Assembly: GCA_030141605.1 (NCBI GenBank)
Contig: JAQGDQ010000209.1
Location: forward strand, 248,001 to 312,000
DNA length: 64,000 nucleotides
Reading direction: 5' to 3'
Source of the DNA: Tubiluchus corallicola
Taxonomy: Eukaryota; Animalia; Priapulida
This document shows, one piece after another, positions 1 to 12,100 of the stretch (its first letter is position 1; every line of letters starts with the position of its first letter). The position numbers and the translations under genes were made by a program. The notes below the pieces were generated by a model, which saw only the letters and a list, made by a program, of their open reading frames with translations, had not been told where the DNA came from and did no database searches.

Positions 1-51
1 AGAAAACATGGTAATATACTAACAGTTAGTGGTGATCATTGTCTCAAGGAG

Positions 52-232
52 CTAAGTTGATTAGTATTCATTAGGCAGACAGGCAAGTTAAGGCAAGTAT
101 GCCTAAGTTGATCAATGTTCATTAGGCAAACAAGCAAGTTGAAGCAAGCATGCCTAGGTTGATTACGTTCATTAGGCATACAGTCAAGTTAAGGTAAGTA
201 TGCTAGGTTGATCAATGTCCATTAGGCAAGTT
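52..232. repeat. Minisatellite, about 3.5 diverged copies of a 49-51 bp unit
   Basis: Unit ctaagttgat..ttcattaggca.aca.gcaagtt.aggcaagtatgc starts at 52, 103, 154 and 203. Confidence 0.9.
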
Positions 233-554
233 ACAGCATCATTGCAAATTCTTTTATTATAATTCGCAATGAAACAAAAGTATATCTCTTGTAACAATAT
301 AAAGATACCAAACATACATTTTTGAATTCTCCATAATGGTGGTAAGAGCATACATAGGCTAGAGTAGATGTGATTATTAGGGCGTACATAAACATCAGTT
401 GAATTATCAGTTTGTCAACTTATTTGTGAAGTGAAGCATTTCATAGCTACATGGCTGGCATAAATTGTTTTAAAAAGTGCTTACATTTGAAAAGCAACAT
501 GTTTTCTACCAAGTATCCATGCATTGAGATTTTATCACCAATTATTCTTTACAG

Positions 555-2095
555 AAAGTGCATGTATTGTGATACTAGAGGCAACTGGAAACACAATAAC
601 AGACTTTGCAGCTGATTTTGTAAGTATATTACTATTTGTTGAAAAGCTATTTATTGGTAATGGTGATATTGGAAATATGTGAACTGAAAATTTCGTTACA
701 TTTGTGCAATCAAATGCAAAAGGTTGGGTACAGTTGTCCTACACAACGCTTCAACTACTGTTTAGCAACTAGTTCTGCACCATGCCCTGTAGTCAGTGCT
801 TTTTGTTCAAATGCAGCAATAAGTGTGAAAACTCATTATTTCTTAGGATCAAGAATTGACATGGGATTTAGCTTGTATGTAGGATACTGCAAATACAGAT
901 TAGTCCCTTATAAGTCTTTTGTCATTGAAGTTTGCATTTTTTTACTAATAGTCACAATTCTGTTACTCTTTGGCACTTAGTTCAGTTTAGTTTATTCATT
1001 CATTTCACTTGGCAAAAGACAACTATTTTTAAAGTTATCATGTCTATGGACATTCTGGAGAATTCACTTGGTATCAAGACTGGCTTATAAAACCTATAGT
1101 TGAACAATTCTCCCTGTAATTAACTCAACTTCTGTAAAAATTTTCAATTGTAATGATTGAAATTAATATCAATAAAATTATCACTAAAAATTATATTTCA
1201 TGTAGTGATGTGTCGTGCTTGCCACTGGACAAATTGTTTTATATACGTGTAGTGATTTTACTAAATTAGATTGCTGTAGAAAATGTTGAATTTTGCAATA
1301 AACTATAAATATATAAATATTTATATGATTATTATTAATTTTTAAGTAAAATTTTATATATATATGTATGCATATCTCAATTTTATGTGGACAACGCTAA
1401 ACACAATGTCAGGCTAAACTTAAGCACAAGTGTTTAGCATAAAGTAATTCACAGCATTGTAACTATAATGCATTGATGCAAATGATGACGAGGCTTGATT
1501 TTTCTAAAAAGTAATATTTTCATACTTAGTTTTCAATCTTATTTTATCGCGTAACTGAATTCCTTCATTTCATTATTTTGTTTTACAGGCCATTGGTGTT
1601 GGCGCAAGTATGGTGTACTTGCCAGGTCCATCTAGTGCTATGATTACTGATATCGTGAATCAGCTTATACACATTGAGAGACGTTTAACTGATACCTACA
1701 ATGTCTGTCCAGCGTCAAAAGCAAAATCTTTGCAGATGTTTCATCAACTTCCAAAAATTACTGCTGACAATGTCGTTATCCAAAAAGATAAAGAAGATCA
1801 TGGCAGTGCTCAGGCTCTAGGAGATTTTGATGCTGGTATTAGTCATGAAAATGTTCATGATAATGCTGAAGATACTGGCAAGGAAAATGATCTTAAAGGT
1901 CCTGCTGAAGACAGTGAAGATATTCCAAGTGACAGTGCAAATATTCAAAAGCATTCCAATGAAAATACTGATGTTCAAGATGTGGCTGTTAGTGGCCTGG
2001 AAAATAAAACTCCTGAAGAAAATGGTGACATTCAGAACACTTGCCTAAACCAATCTTATACTAAAGAAAATATTCCAGTTATCATTGAAGACTGA
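555..2095 (+). CDS. ENO4: Last two exons of a divergent enolase-like protein (ENO4-like) with an acidic C-terminal tail; 5' part lies outside the window
   Basis: Exons 555-619 (tttacag|..|gtaagt) and 1589-2095 (ttttacag|) join in phase 0: SACIVILEATGNTITDFAADF-AIGVGASMVYLPGPSSAMITDIVNQLIHIERRL. This aligns by eye with the enolase C-terminus (..SHRSGETEDTFIADLAVGL.AGQIKTGAP.RSER.AKYNQLLRIEEEL). AATAAA at 2283. The symbol is an inference from the degenerate active-site motifs and long tail. Confidence 0.7.
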
Positions 2096-3790
2096 ATTGA
2101 ACAGAAGTGATCTAAATATTATGTACTGAACATATATACCAACTATCTATATAGTTGATAATGGAGGTGGTATTCCTTCCGACATTAAGAATCTCCCTAT
2201 TTGTGTATACACTAGTTTTAATGTCATGTAGTGTGGGTTTAAATATCTTTTAGAGATACAAATTCTGAAAACAAGTTTGAAAAATAAAATCTGTATTAAT
2301 TTGCTTATTTTGTAGTTTACGATGCAAGGCCTTTCTGGAACTTTCAGTTCACCCAGTGTGTAATGCTAAAACAGTTTGCATAACTATTTTTTGTTAAAAA
2401 TGTAAAGAAAACTATAAAAATGCTTGAAAATAAAATATTTTTCTTAGCAAACCAACTTTTTATTTACACGAAAACAAAACTGAACTCATGCGAGATATCT
2501 TGATGGTCTTATGACCTAACTGTGGCTGGATTATCACTAATGCTTTGTATACATGTTTTGTAAACAGAAATTAAAAAAAGTATGAAAATGTACTTGAAAA
2601 TGACAATTTTATTCAATATCTATAACCTACTTTCGTTTATAGACGACATAATTTTTCCTGAAAACTGAACTCGTTTTATATTACTTCTGACTATTTTTTG
2701 TCCCTAAAATTCGTGTCACAAGTTTTTATTAATTTTATAGTACCTATATGCGAGTTACGTAGCCTTTCAAATCTACACGCTTTCAAAGCACCATTACTCA
2801 TTAGTATTACTTTAGCAAGCATTTCAGTTTCACAGCAACCATAGCACAAGGCGACTAAAAGAGGCATTCCTGTATCACATAGCTGATATTTAATGGCAAA
2901 GCTGGTAACACGACGAAGACAGATCATGGTTACTCTGTCTTTTGGATTTGGCTTAAATTACATAATAGTACAACATTGGTTAGAATGGACATATACATGA
3001 TCATTAATGTTTATGGAACAGCACTAAGTGATCAGCTAACAGGTTAAGATTTAACCTATGACGTGAAGGCAGTCACGACACACAGCGTTAAGCGCCAGTA
3101 AAAAGGAAACAGCAAATTCCAACAGCTAAAATGCATTTTAATTTAAATGAACTCGAGAAGAAAATGCTAGGTTATAGTAAAACGTCTAATTAAGTAGACC
3201 GCCATCGTCGAGATGAACTCCTCGACCAAGACGCACTACCTAATTCTCATTCGTCATCATCATCTCCTCACATTCTGCACTGTTAACGCAAACACAACCA
3301 ATAATATTGGCGCAAAAAAATAGTAAATTGGTGAAATAGTATAATAAGTTCTTGAAAAAACTAAAATTATAACAGCCAGGGACAAGAGTAAAACATGTCT
3401 TATGGATTTCATTGTACACTTCTGTGCAAAATTCCTATTAGACATTTAAAGCACCATTCTGGCATGCACTAGTTGACACGGTGTACCATACCACCAAATG
3501 CAATGCTCACTTTGTTTGCTGATTCCACAATTTTGTGATGATATAATTGCTGTTTTGTAAGAAAATCAATGTAATTATATATCTTTGCCTTCTTTAGTAA
3601 TATTATTATTTTTGATTTTACTTTTTTCAATTATCATCCTCATCATCACTTCTACTGCTCTCATCACTCACTACCGCCTCGATGCCATTGTCTTTATTTT
3701 GTATTTGGGAGTGATAAATTGTTCCGGTCAATACTAATTATTGCTGCACTGTGTGCAGTCTGACTTTTTCCTAGACTAATAGGTAGTTAG

Positions 3791-4230
3791 TAAGGGTGAG
3801 CATTCTCTACCGGAAAGCAAATTCGAATCGAACCAAATTTGTGACTTTCGAATTTGAATGGAACCGAACTTCAGTGTTTCGAATTCGAACCGAATTCGAA
3901 TTGAGATCGAAAGATTTTCGAACAAGTTTTCGAACCACCAGCAAAAATTAGTCTTACAAAGATCATGCAGATCACTAGATTTTGTTCTGCAATAAAACGA
4001 CTAATAATTTCTTTAAAATTGTGTGCAGAAATCACAGCTAAATTATGCTAATTGCATGATGTTTCAGTCGTTTTAGTGATGAAGAATATGTGTGATTGAA
4101 GTACTGAATTATTCGAATCTATAGTTTGGGATTCGAATCGAGTTCGAACTAAAAAAATTCGTTCGAATCGAATTCGAGCTTTCGAATTTGATTCGAACAT
4201 TCGAACTCGAACGTTCGATGCTCACCCCTA
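3791..4230. mobile_element. Non-autonomous hAT element (MITE) with subterminal TTCGAA arrays
   Basis: TIRs TAAGGGTGAGCAT / ATGCTCACCCCTA (12/13). 8-bp TSD gtagttag / gtggttag (7/8). Dense TTCGAA/TCGAA repeats near both ends. Confidence 0.85.
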
Positions 4231-4355
4231 GTGGTTAGATACATTCTCGGCTGTGATGGACTTTCTCGAAAGCAGGTACAGTCGTAGCAGTAACTGAGTT
4301 GTCTCAAAATAATTGTGCGCCGCAATCGGTGAAGGAACTGACAAAATTTTCTCCA

Positions 4356-4365
4356 GCGCATGCGC
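4356..4365. promoter_or_regulatory. NRF1-type palindrome GCGCATGCGC in a CpG-containing patch; probable PIP5K1 promoter
   Basis: Exact NRF1 consensus in a locally CpG-rich stretch (about 4245-4560), just upstream of a candidate non-coding exon. Confidence 0.55.
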
Positions 4366-4466
4366 CTTTCAAGGAAGTTGCAAAATAGGTGTCATAATAT
4401 TTTGTGATTGTTGTAATGCGCTGAAGAAAGTTATTTTTCATCCTTCTTTTAAAATTTTCTTTGCAG

Positions 4467-4512
4467 ATTTTCATCCTGCAAAGAACAAAAAGACGCTCGA
4501 CGCAGTATTTGG
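4467..4512 (+). other. Candidate 5' UTR exon of PIP5K1
   Basis: ttttctttgcag| acceptor-like site and g|gtaatt donor at 4513. The next strong acceptor before the start codon is taatttcag| at 8979. Confidence 0.4.
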
Positions 4513-4989
4513 GTAATTAGAGGTGTTTTGCTTGGCACTTTATCCTCGCCGTTATGTGCATTCGTTAATGAAACCAAACCGGATTCCCAAATTAAGTTAA
4601 CTGGTAAAAATTAAATTTCTTTGGTAAATTACTTATTATGAAAGTTTATTTTTCTAGCTGTTGACTAGAATAATAACTTATGTGTGTGTGTGTATGGTGG
4701 TAATGTGCTAAGCAGTAAAATTAATAGGCTTATTCAACAGTCTTTGCTGTTTAATTTCAAAAACAAACTCAATACCCTGAATTCTTTAGTTTTGTAGTAC
4801 TTTTTTATAATGGATATTCTGAATTGAATTGAATTTATTTTCATGTACGTATAATGCGTGTGTATTGCATAACAAACGGTCAAATGTACAACCGGTATTT
4901 ACGGATATATACCTTTTCTCCAATAACATCGCATCGCATACTTAATGCTTATTTTACAAACGTCTTGGTGCTTGTCTGATTTCTGCTGA

Positions 4990-6310
4990 ATAATTCTGAA
5001 ACTTGAAGGAATATCAAAGAAGAAGAATGTGAGAGTCTAGAAAATACAGAAAGAGATAGTGAGAAGAATTTTGAATAAAAATAAGCACTACGTATCAGAG
5101 CATGTTAGCAGAAACAGGTTCTTAGCCTATGAAAAAAATGGTCCTATTATAAAAAGGCAATGTTTTATTATTCACTGATGAACTCATGAAAATGGATTAG
5201 CATAACAAGTAGTAACTAAGCAAGAAAAAAAGAGCATATAAATATTGTTTGGAAATAACAGAGATTGTAGAAAGTTTTGGAATGAAAAACAAGATGGAGC
5301 AATTGAAAAATAGTGAAATTATTATTATTATTATAAATCTTTTATTTAGAAATTCATTCCAAAAGAAGCCCTCTGTTACAAATATTATTATATTATTATT
5401 ATTACAAATATTATAGATTATTAGTATACCTAATTAACACTTAATATTGTAGCTACAATATGAGTGGGTTAGCTTACATTTAAAAAGTTAGTTACAAGTA
5501 AATACATTTATTCACACACTCATAATTATATATATAAATAATTGTATGTATATACATACATACAACGCTTAAATAATGCAGATGACATATAACCGTGTTT
5601 GTGTCTATACGCGTATATAAAACACTTTGTAATAATCTTGTATGTAAACACATTGTGTGTATATAACTAAAATAATATTAATTACATATCTAAGCTACCA
5701 TGATAACATGATCACTAATTACTGACATCATAGTTTAGGGCTTTACGTACATTACATGTACTGACTTAAGCTCAAATTTTTACCATTATATACACAGTTT
5801 AATTTTTTTCCCACAATACTGTTTGTTCACTACAACTGCATACAATTAAGAAATCAGTTTGGAAAAGAGAAGTAAAAAAAGCTATAAACCCGGAAATGTT
5901 GCAAGAGCATAATCTAGAATACAGAAAATGATTTTAATCTAAGATTCCTTGATGAAGAGAAATATGAAAAACAATGTTCAGCATATTAGAGAGTGTGCAC
6001 TCGCTGATATTAAAAATATAATGAGAATCAAGTTAGGTATGATGGAGTTGAAGTGCAGTTTCAAAGATAATAAATGGGAAGATTTACTAAGTGTCCTAAG
6101 TGCAGAAATAAGAAAAATCTGAAGGCATAATTTAAATAAATATAGAGTTGGTATAGAGATAATTATGTGTGCTGAAATAGGTATTCTCTTAAGACTGGTA
6201 AGAGCATTTAAAGAAATCATGGAAGAGAGATAAAATAGATAGTAGTTAGATAAAAAACATTAGAAGCTGGAAGCGTGACACTTGTATTCAGAACTGAGAA
6301 TTATAAAATA
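4990..6310 (+). mobile_element. Degenerate non-LTR retrotransposon ORF2 3' fragment, interrupted at about 5320-5850
   Basis: Purine-rich broken frames (..YQSMLAETG.., ..IKNIMRIKLGMMELKCSFK..) resemble the better-preserved relative at 50700-51195 ([13 protein letters not shown]). Boundaries approximate. Confidence 0.5.
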
Positions 6311-7245
6311 ATGTCTGAAGAAAAGAAGTATAGCACTTCAGCTCTGCTCATCTTCGTAGTGTGAAGAGGTGCCAATGAACCACTGTATCCTGTTTGCATT
6401 TTCTCTTGTTTTTAAATCAAGTTCTGTCATTGTGAATTAAATTTATGTTCCCCCGGAAAAATATGTACCAGCATTTGAGCTTATTTCTTAAACTGTTCCC
6501 TGAACTGGCACTGTTGTGTGGTTAATAGGAGATGAGTCATAATTCAATTTGATTTATGTCGTGTCAGTTAAAACTTATCTGTAAAATAATGTCTGTTTAT
6601 CAGTTTCAATACAAAACTTCCAGTGTTAGGATTTAATGAGGGATGTGGAAATTAAACAATATTGTTAAGGTTAAAAACTTTCGCTAAGGTTAAAAGCTAT
6701 GACTTTAAAATAAGCTAAATTTTGACAATTTTCACTCTTATTGCCTGTGTTATCTTATGCCTCTGTGTGATCTAATAGTGAACATTGTTCTAATTTGGTA
6801 AATTATATAAAACATTAGTGTAAGAACAAATGAAGCATGGTGACTGCCTTATGCAGGTATTTTTGACTGAGAAGCAAAAGCAGGTTGAAGCACAAATGTA
6901 TACTAAGTGCTAAGAAACTCAAACTTGTAATTATATGTGTGATAAAGAAAATTTGTTTAAAATGACTGCACCAGATAGGATTTATCATCAGTACGTGTTA
7001 GCAACCAACTTAGCATCTATGAAATAGACTGACAAACTTGACAAAGGATATTTTGTAATTATAATAATTGTTACTGTAAAAACAAACAATGTACTATTGT
7101 ACTTACTTGTGCCTATTTTGTTAATTCAACAAGATTAATTTTTTTACATTTCTTTCCGTTCTATGTAATAATACAAAGCCTTCGGCTTTTCTATCTTGTC
7201 TGCATTCATAAAAGTTTTTATAGCAAATATTTTATAACAAAGGGG

Positions 7246-8338
7246 TAGGGATGCACTGAATATTCGGATCAGTGGATTTTCCCCCCAAATATCAGTATAA
7301 GATCCGGTCCAGTAAAACGTTTGGTGAACTTTCAGTATACCAAACTTACTATTTTAATAATTATCTCATTCAGCGAAAATTATATTAAACAAACCGAATA
7401 TTCCCCTATAATGCTTATAAAAATTTATGCAAAAAAGCTGATAGTAAACAGGGAACATGGAACTACAGTGGACAATTTGCTTTCAGTTTCAGTGTGATAA
7501 TTTGAAGAATGCAATGCCCCATTGATACATGAGTCAAGAAAATTTACTATCTGCTTTTATAAATATAGTCCAAGATTCTTTTATATTGAAAATGGTGCTA
7601 AGTAAGCGTAATTATTAAAAATTTGATATTTTTAGCTAATGTATTAATAAGTTAGTATACGAAATAATGTAGTAATAGTGTTAGCGTATAAATAATGATG
7701 TCTTGCGTTTAACATGGGATATACGCAGTAGCATGGCAGCGCTGTATTTGCTTATACACGTAAAAAAATCAATGAGAAATCGATTTAATAAGCAATTATA
7801 CTGTTGCAGTTTTGTTTAAATACTGTTTTTATTGGTTATGCAAAATAGTTTAAATCCCTTCTGAAAGAATCAGGGCTGCATTTAAAATACTTTTATAAAT
7901 AAATACTTTACTGTATTCAGTAACTTTACTACTTTGCAACTTTGCTACAAATACTTTGTAGTACTACTTTGCTACATAACTTATTACGTACTACATAACA
8001 TATTACATACTGTAGTATAACATACTACATTAAATACAAGCACACATTTAGTAAGCAGAACAATATTACACAGCTCACCAGTCACCACTAACTTAAAACG
8101 ATAAGACATAATAGAGTTTATAATTCTTCTCAGTTGGAAACTAAAGGAAAATTCTTTTCAGTTTCAATAAAAAGTTTGGTTCAGCTTCAGTCCGGTATTT
8201 TGATGTAACTTCGTATTTTATCCGGATTTTGGTTCTAAAGTATGGCTGATGATTTGGTTAAGTTTCAGTTCAGTGGAATCCAAGCATCAAAAAATCTGCT
8301 TCAGCGGTTGACGAAAATGTGCTTTTGGTGCATCCCTA
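7246..8338. mobile_element. Non-autonomous hAT element
   Basis: Perfect 11-bp TIR TAGGGATGCAC / GTGCATCCCTA. 8-bp TSD caaagggg / caaaggaa (6/8). A possible nested element end (cagggctgcatttaaaatac) lies at 7871. Confidence 0.8.
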
Positions 8339-9147
8339 CAAAGGAATGCTTTCCAGTTAGCTATCTGTTTTTGCATACTCTTTGCAATAGTCAAATTCTA
8401 GCACGAAATGTGAAAATTATTTGTGTTAATCCAGTTTGAAGCATTCTTAAATTTTCTGGGCATTTTATTAAATTGGGTGCTTTTTAAGTACACAAGCTTT
8501 TTAGCTGCTTACTTGGCCAGTTAAAAAGGTTTCTTAACTTTAAGATGATGATCTTATTATCTATGTTTTCCATTTTGATAAATGGTAAGGGATCCTTAAA
8601 CTATAGTACTATGTACCATTGACTAGAGATGATTTATAATAAGATTGTTTTTCGTATGAAAATTCTGAGATGTTAGTAATGTTGGGTCAGATACTTGTTA
8701 ATCCCAGCAATTTGCTAACATGTTGTTCTTGATTGTGAGAAATTTGTGTGGCTCTTTATCTAGCACACAAAATGGCTTCTTTAACATGATTAATGCAATT
8801 GTATGCATAGTAATGGAAAAGAATTGTGTTACTGCTCACAATTTTCCATTTTCACTTATTTTTGCTTGCGTGAATGTGCAAACCAACAATATGTGTTATA
8901 ATAAGAATTCTTATAGTAACAACAGCTTTACTTTGAAATTGCAGAATCCACATTGCAAGACATTTTTTGTTAATTTCAGATTTAAAGCAAATCTTCGTCA
9001 AGTGTGAGTGTTCATTTTGAAAAAACTCGAGGATTCGCCCTGCTGCAAGCCATGTGATCAGGTTTCAGAATAGTACTACAGGGCTTTGCGGATGAAATGT
9101 CTACAGTCATTATTTATATGAAGGGATCTATTAATTAGCAACAACTG

Positions 9148-12100
9148 ATGGCATCTGCAAAAGCAGCGAAGCCACAAGGACAGTCTAGTTCTGGCTCTGA
9201 TACTAGTCCAGGTACACACCTTGTCTACATCAACTTTCAGAGAGATACAGGGACTAAATCATTTCTACCAGATTTTAACCAAAATTCTGTCACTGCCAGA
9301 TTACTTTTATTATGAATATTGGCTTTGTTGTATGAAAATGTTGTACGAAAAGGAAACAGCCTAAACTATTTAGTAGCACACCAATTACTATACTAAAGTA
9401 GCACACCAATTTAACACACTATTTTGGTTGATAACTTGACAGGTAATGACTTATTCAGTGCATTTCATTTGAAACAGTAAATAAAGAAAAATTTGGAACA
9501 ACTTTAATTTCAATGATTTATAGTGGCATGGCAGAACACTACTAACATGATCTGCTGCACTTTGTGTGCATATGTGCTGTTTTATCAAAACATTATCTGT
9601 AACACTCAGTCAAATATTGTTCTCGAGTATTGTGGTGTTTCTAACACTTTGACTAAAATTACTTTAAAAGCTTTATTAATTTAGTACGTTGTATTGCCAC
9701 CGTTCCAATATATATGAGTGCTAAGGCAGTTAGAAGTGTATGTGATATTGTTCTACTTGGGTGGTTTGTTCTTTCCTGTTTTGTAGTCTAATGACTGCAT
9801 TAAAACTTAACACTATGTCTAGCTTAGTAAATGCATAAGAGAACAATTTACGTTATATAGCTTGCTTTGCATTGCTTCGCATCTCACTATTTGCATGGCT
9901 CTGGTTGGCTAGCTATGCTGTTTTGCAAAGTAAACTTTTGAGAAGCTACTCTGTTTGTTTGTAACAACAACAATTACCTCTTGTAGGGCAAGCGGAACAA
10001 TTAAATGGGACATGACGTGTGCTTAGTTACCGAAATTAAGAAACGTGGTGCCTAGTCATTTAATTGATAGACGAGGTTTTATCTGCTATAACGCCCCTTT
10101 GCTAATTAGACCTGTATCATTGAGATAGGTAGTATAGCCTCCAAACAGTTTTGTGTAGCAAAATCTTGTACGAAAGGTTATTTTGCATAGAATTTTTGGG
10201 AAATTTGTAAAGCAAAATGTGATTTCATGTCACGTGAATTGTTCCCTGAGCGACAGTATGTCATTTTATATATTCAGTAGTTTACTTTTAATGTTGAGAC
10301 TATGAGACAAATGAAATAAATGGATTATGATTATGGTGCAAGGCAGAAATAAATTTATCTTGTTTTAACTATATTGTTATATCACTAGCAGTCAAACTTA
10401 TAGCTGTGTATAATTAACTAACTTAATCGCAATAATAAACATTTACTGTGGAAAAAAATTTTGAAACTGAAATGGTAATATAGTTCGGAATTCTTCTTAC
10501 GGCAACCGTTGTATAGTTCAGCTGTAGCCTATTAAACCTATGCTCATTAAAAATTTATAGCTAATATTTTAGTTCTTCACGAGCTGTCATAATGTTAGCG
10601 ATGTTGAGCATTTTATATTGATTAGCAGGCGCGTGAGATAAACTTGGCTAAGCGTGCCTTATCCTTTTGTAAAGCTCTGTTAAAGACCCAGGAATGTCAA
10701 AATCAATTTTTGAAGGCAATTTTAACAGGGCATCCTCTACTCTTGCTGATCTCATAAGTGTCATAAGTATCATTTAGGTTAAATTTAGTTGTTGAAGTTT
10801 GAGTAGGTTCAAATGAAAAAACATTTAACTAAATAGTTCCCCAAACGCAAGGTTTCATGAATTTCTGTTTATAGCTGTAAACTAATTCAACTGCTAATGT
10901 TAGCATCTGAATTTTTTCTTTCCTTCTTTGATTGTTTTCATTGTCAGGGAGAATACATGGTAGAATACATCTTCCTAGAGAATACTTGGTAGATTTCATG
11001 TGGCCATTTATGCTCATATCATTTATGAGAATGTCACTTAGTTTTTTAGGAAAATATATGTATACGTGGATAATAAAGACTTAAATTCTTCATATATTTC
11101 AAATTCCATATTAGCAGAAGATTTGGCTTTTCCTGTTATCAATTCTTTAATGATAAATTTATAACTTAAAGTATAACCTATTGCAAATGTGTTTTGTTTG
11201 TTGAAAGTGCACCAAAGTTTGCCCAGATTAACCGTCCAACAGTTTCTGGGCCTTTAGTTGCTTCAATAAATGCGCACATCAAATGTAAGGATTTTATTTG
11301 GCATAATTTTTTGTCAGTTATTCAAACTAAAGCTCCCTGTATGACTATGAGAGCTCTTCTTAATATGAGAGATATGTTAATTTAGGTAGGCCCATAGTAT
11401 CTGTACACATAGTAAACTAGACTTAATGAATGAAATTTGTGATAGCATATGTTGTCTATCATTTGAAAACTGGTCAGGGGCCCTGACAGACTTGGGTAGG
11501 ATCTAATACACGAAAATGTGTTTGTAATACAGAGTTTTCTTTGGGCCTAATTACTTGCCAGTCTGCATCACGGTAGAGACTCACTAAATATAACACTAAT
11601 GTTCTATGAACTAACATCTGCAAATTTTTATTTCAGTTATTTTTCTTTTTATTGACCTGCGAACTATATTTCCGAATTTGAAGTAATTGGTTTATTTTTC
11701 GTTAATTAAAATTTTTATGTCGAAATAGGCTTACTAAACTGAAAAGCTGAGTTTTTTTGGATTTGTAATTTGAGCAGTTTAGTTACCTTTTTAAGCAGTA
11801 TAGGTAAGTTTACTAGTTATTACTCACGTAGCTTTGTGTGCTAGCTGATTATTTTTATTTTCACTAAATACTTTTAGCTAATGAAGGTGCTGCATCAGCA
11901 AATGTGAAGCCAGTGTCCCCTTCGGGGGACACGGAAGGTTCTGGCAATGGCACAGAAAATAAAAGTAGTAACAACGATGGCAAGAACCAGCAAGCTAACA
12001 CTTTGGGTCAAGAAGGTAAAGTAGAGGGACGATTTCTTGTTTTCACAGTTTACAAGCATTCAATGAGGGAGGGGAATTATTGATTAAAAATTTGGCTATC

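Noticed and set aside
52-232. Regularly spaced repeats as a CRISPR array
   Set aside because: Whole units are homologous with no unique spacers, there are no cas genes, and the context is a eukaryotic intron.
636-980. 114-aa ORF as an independent gene
   Set aside because: It lies inside the enolase-like intron, has a non-ATG start and shows no recognisable motif.
3815-4220. TTCGAA arrays as heat-shock elements
   Set aside because: Mostly TTCGAA without the 2-nt spacer. Only isolated GAAnnTTC dimers were seen, and the arrays are better explained as hAT subterminal repeats.
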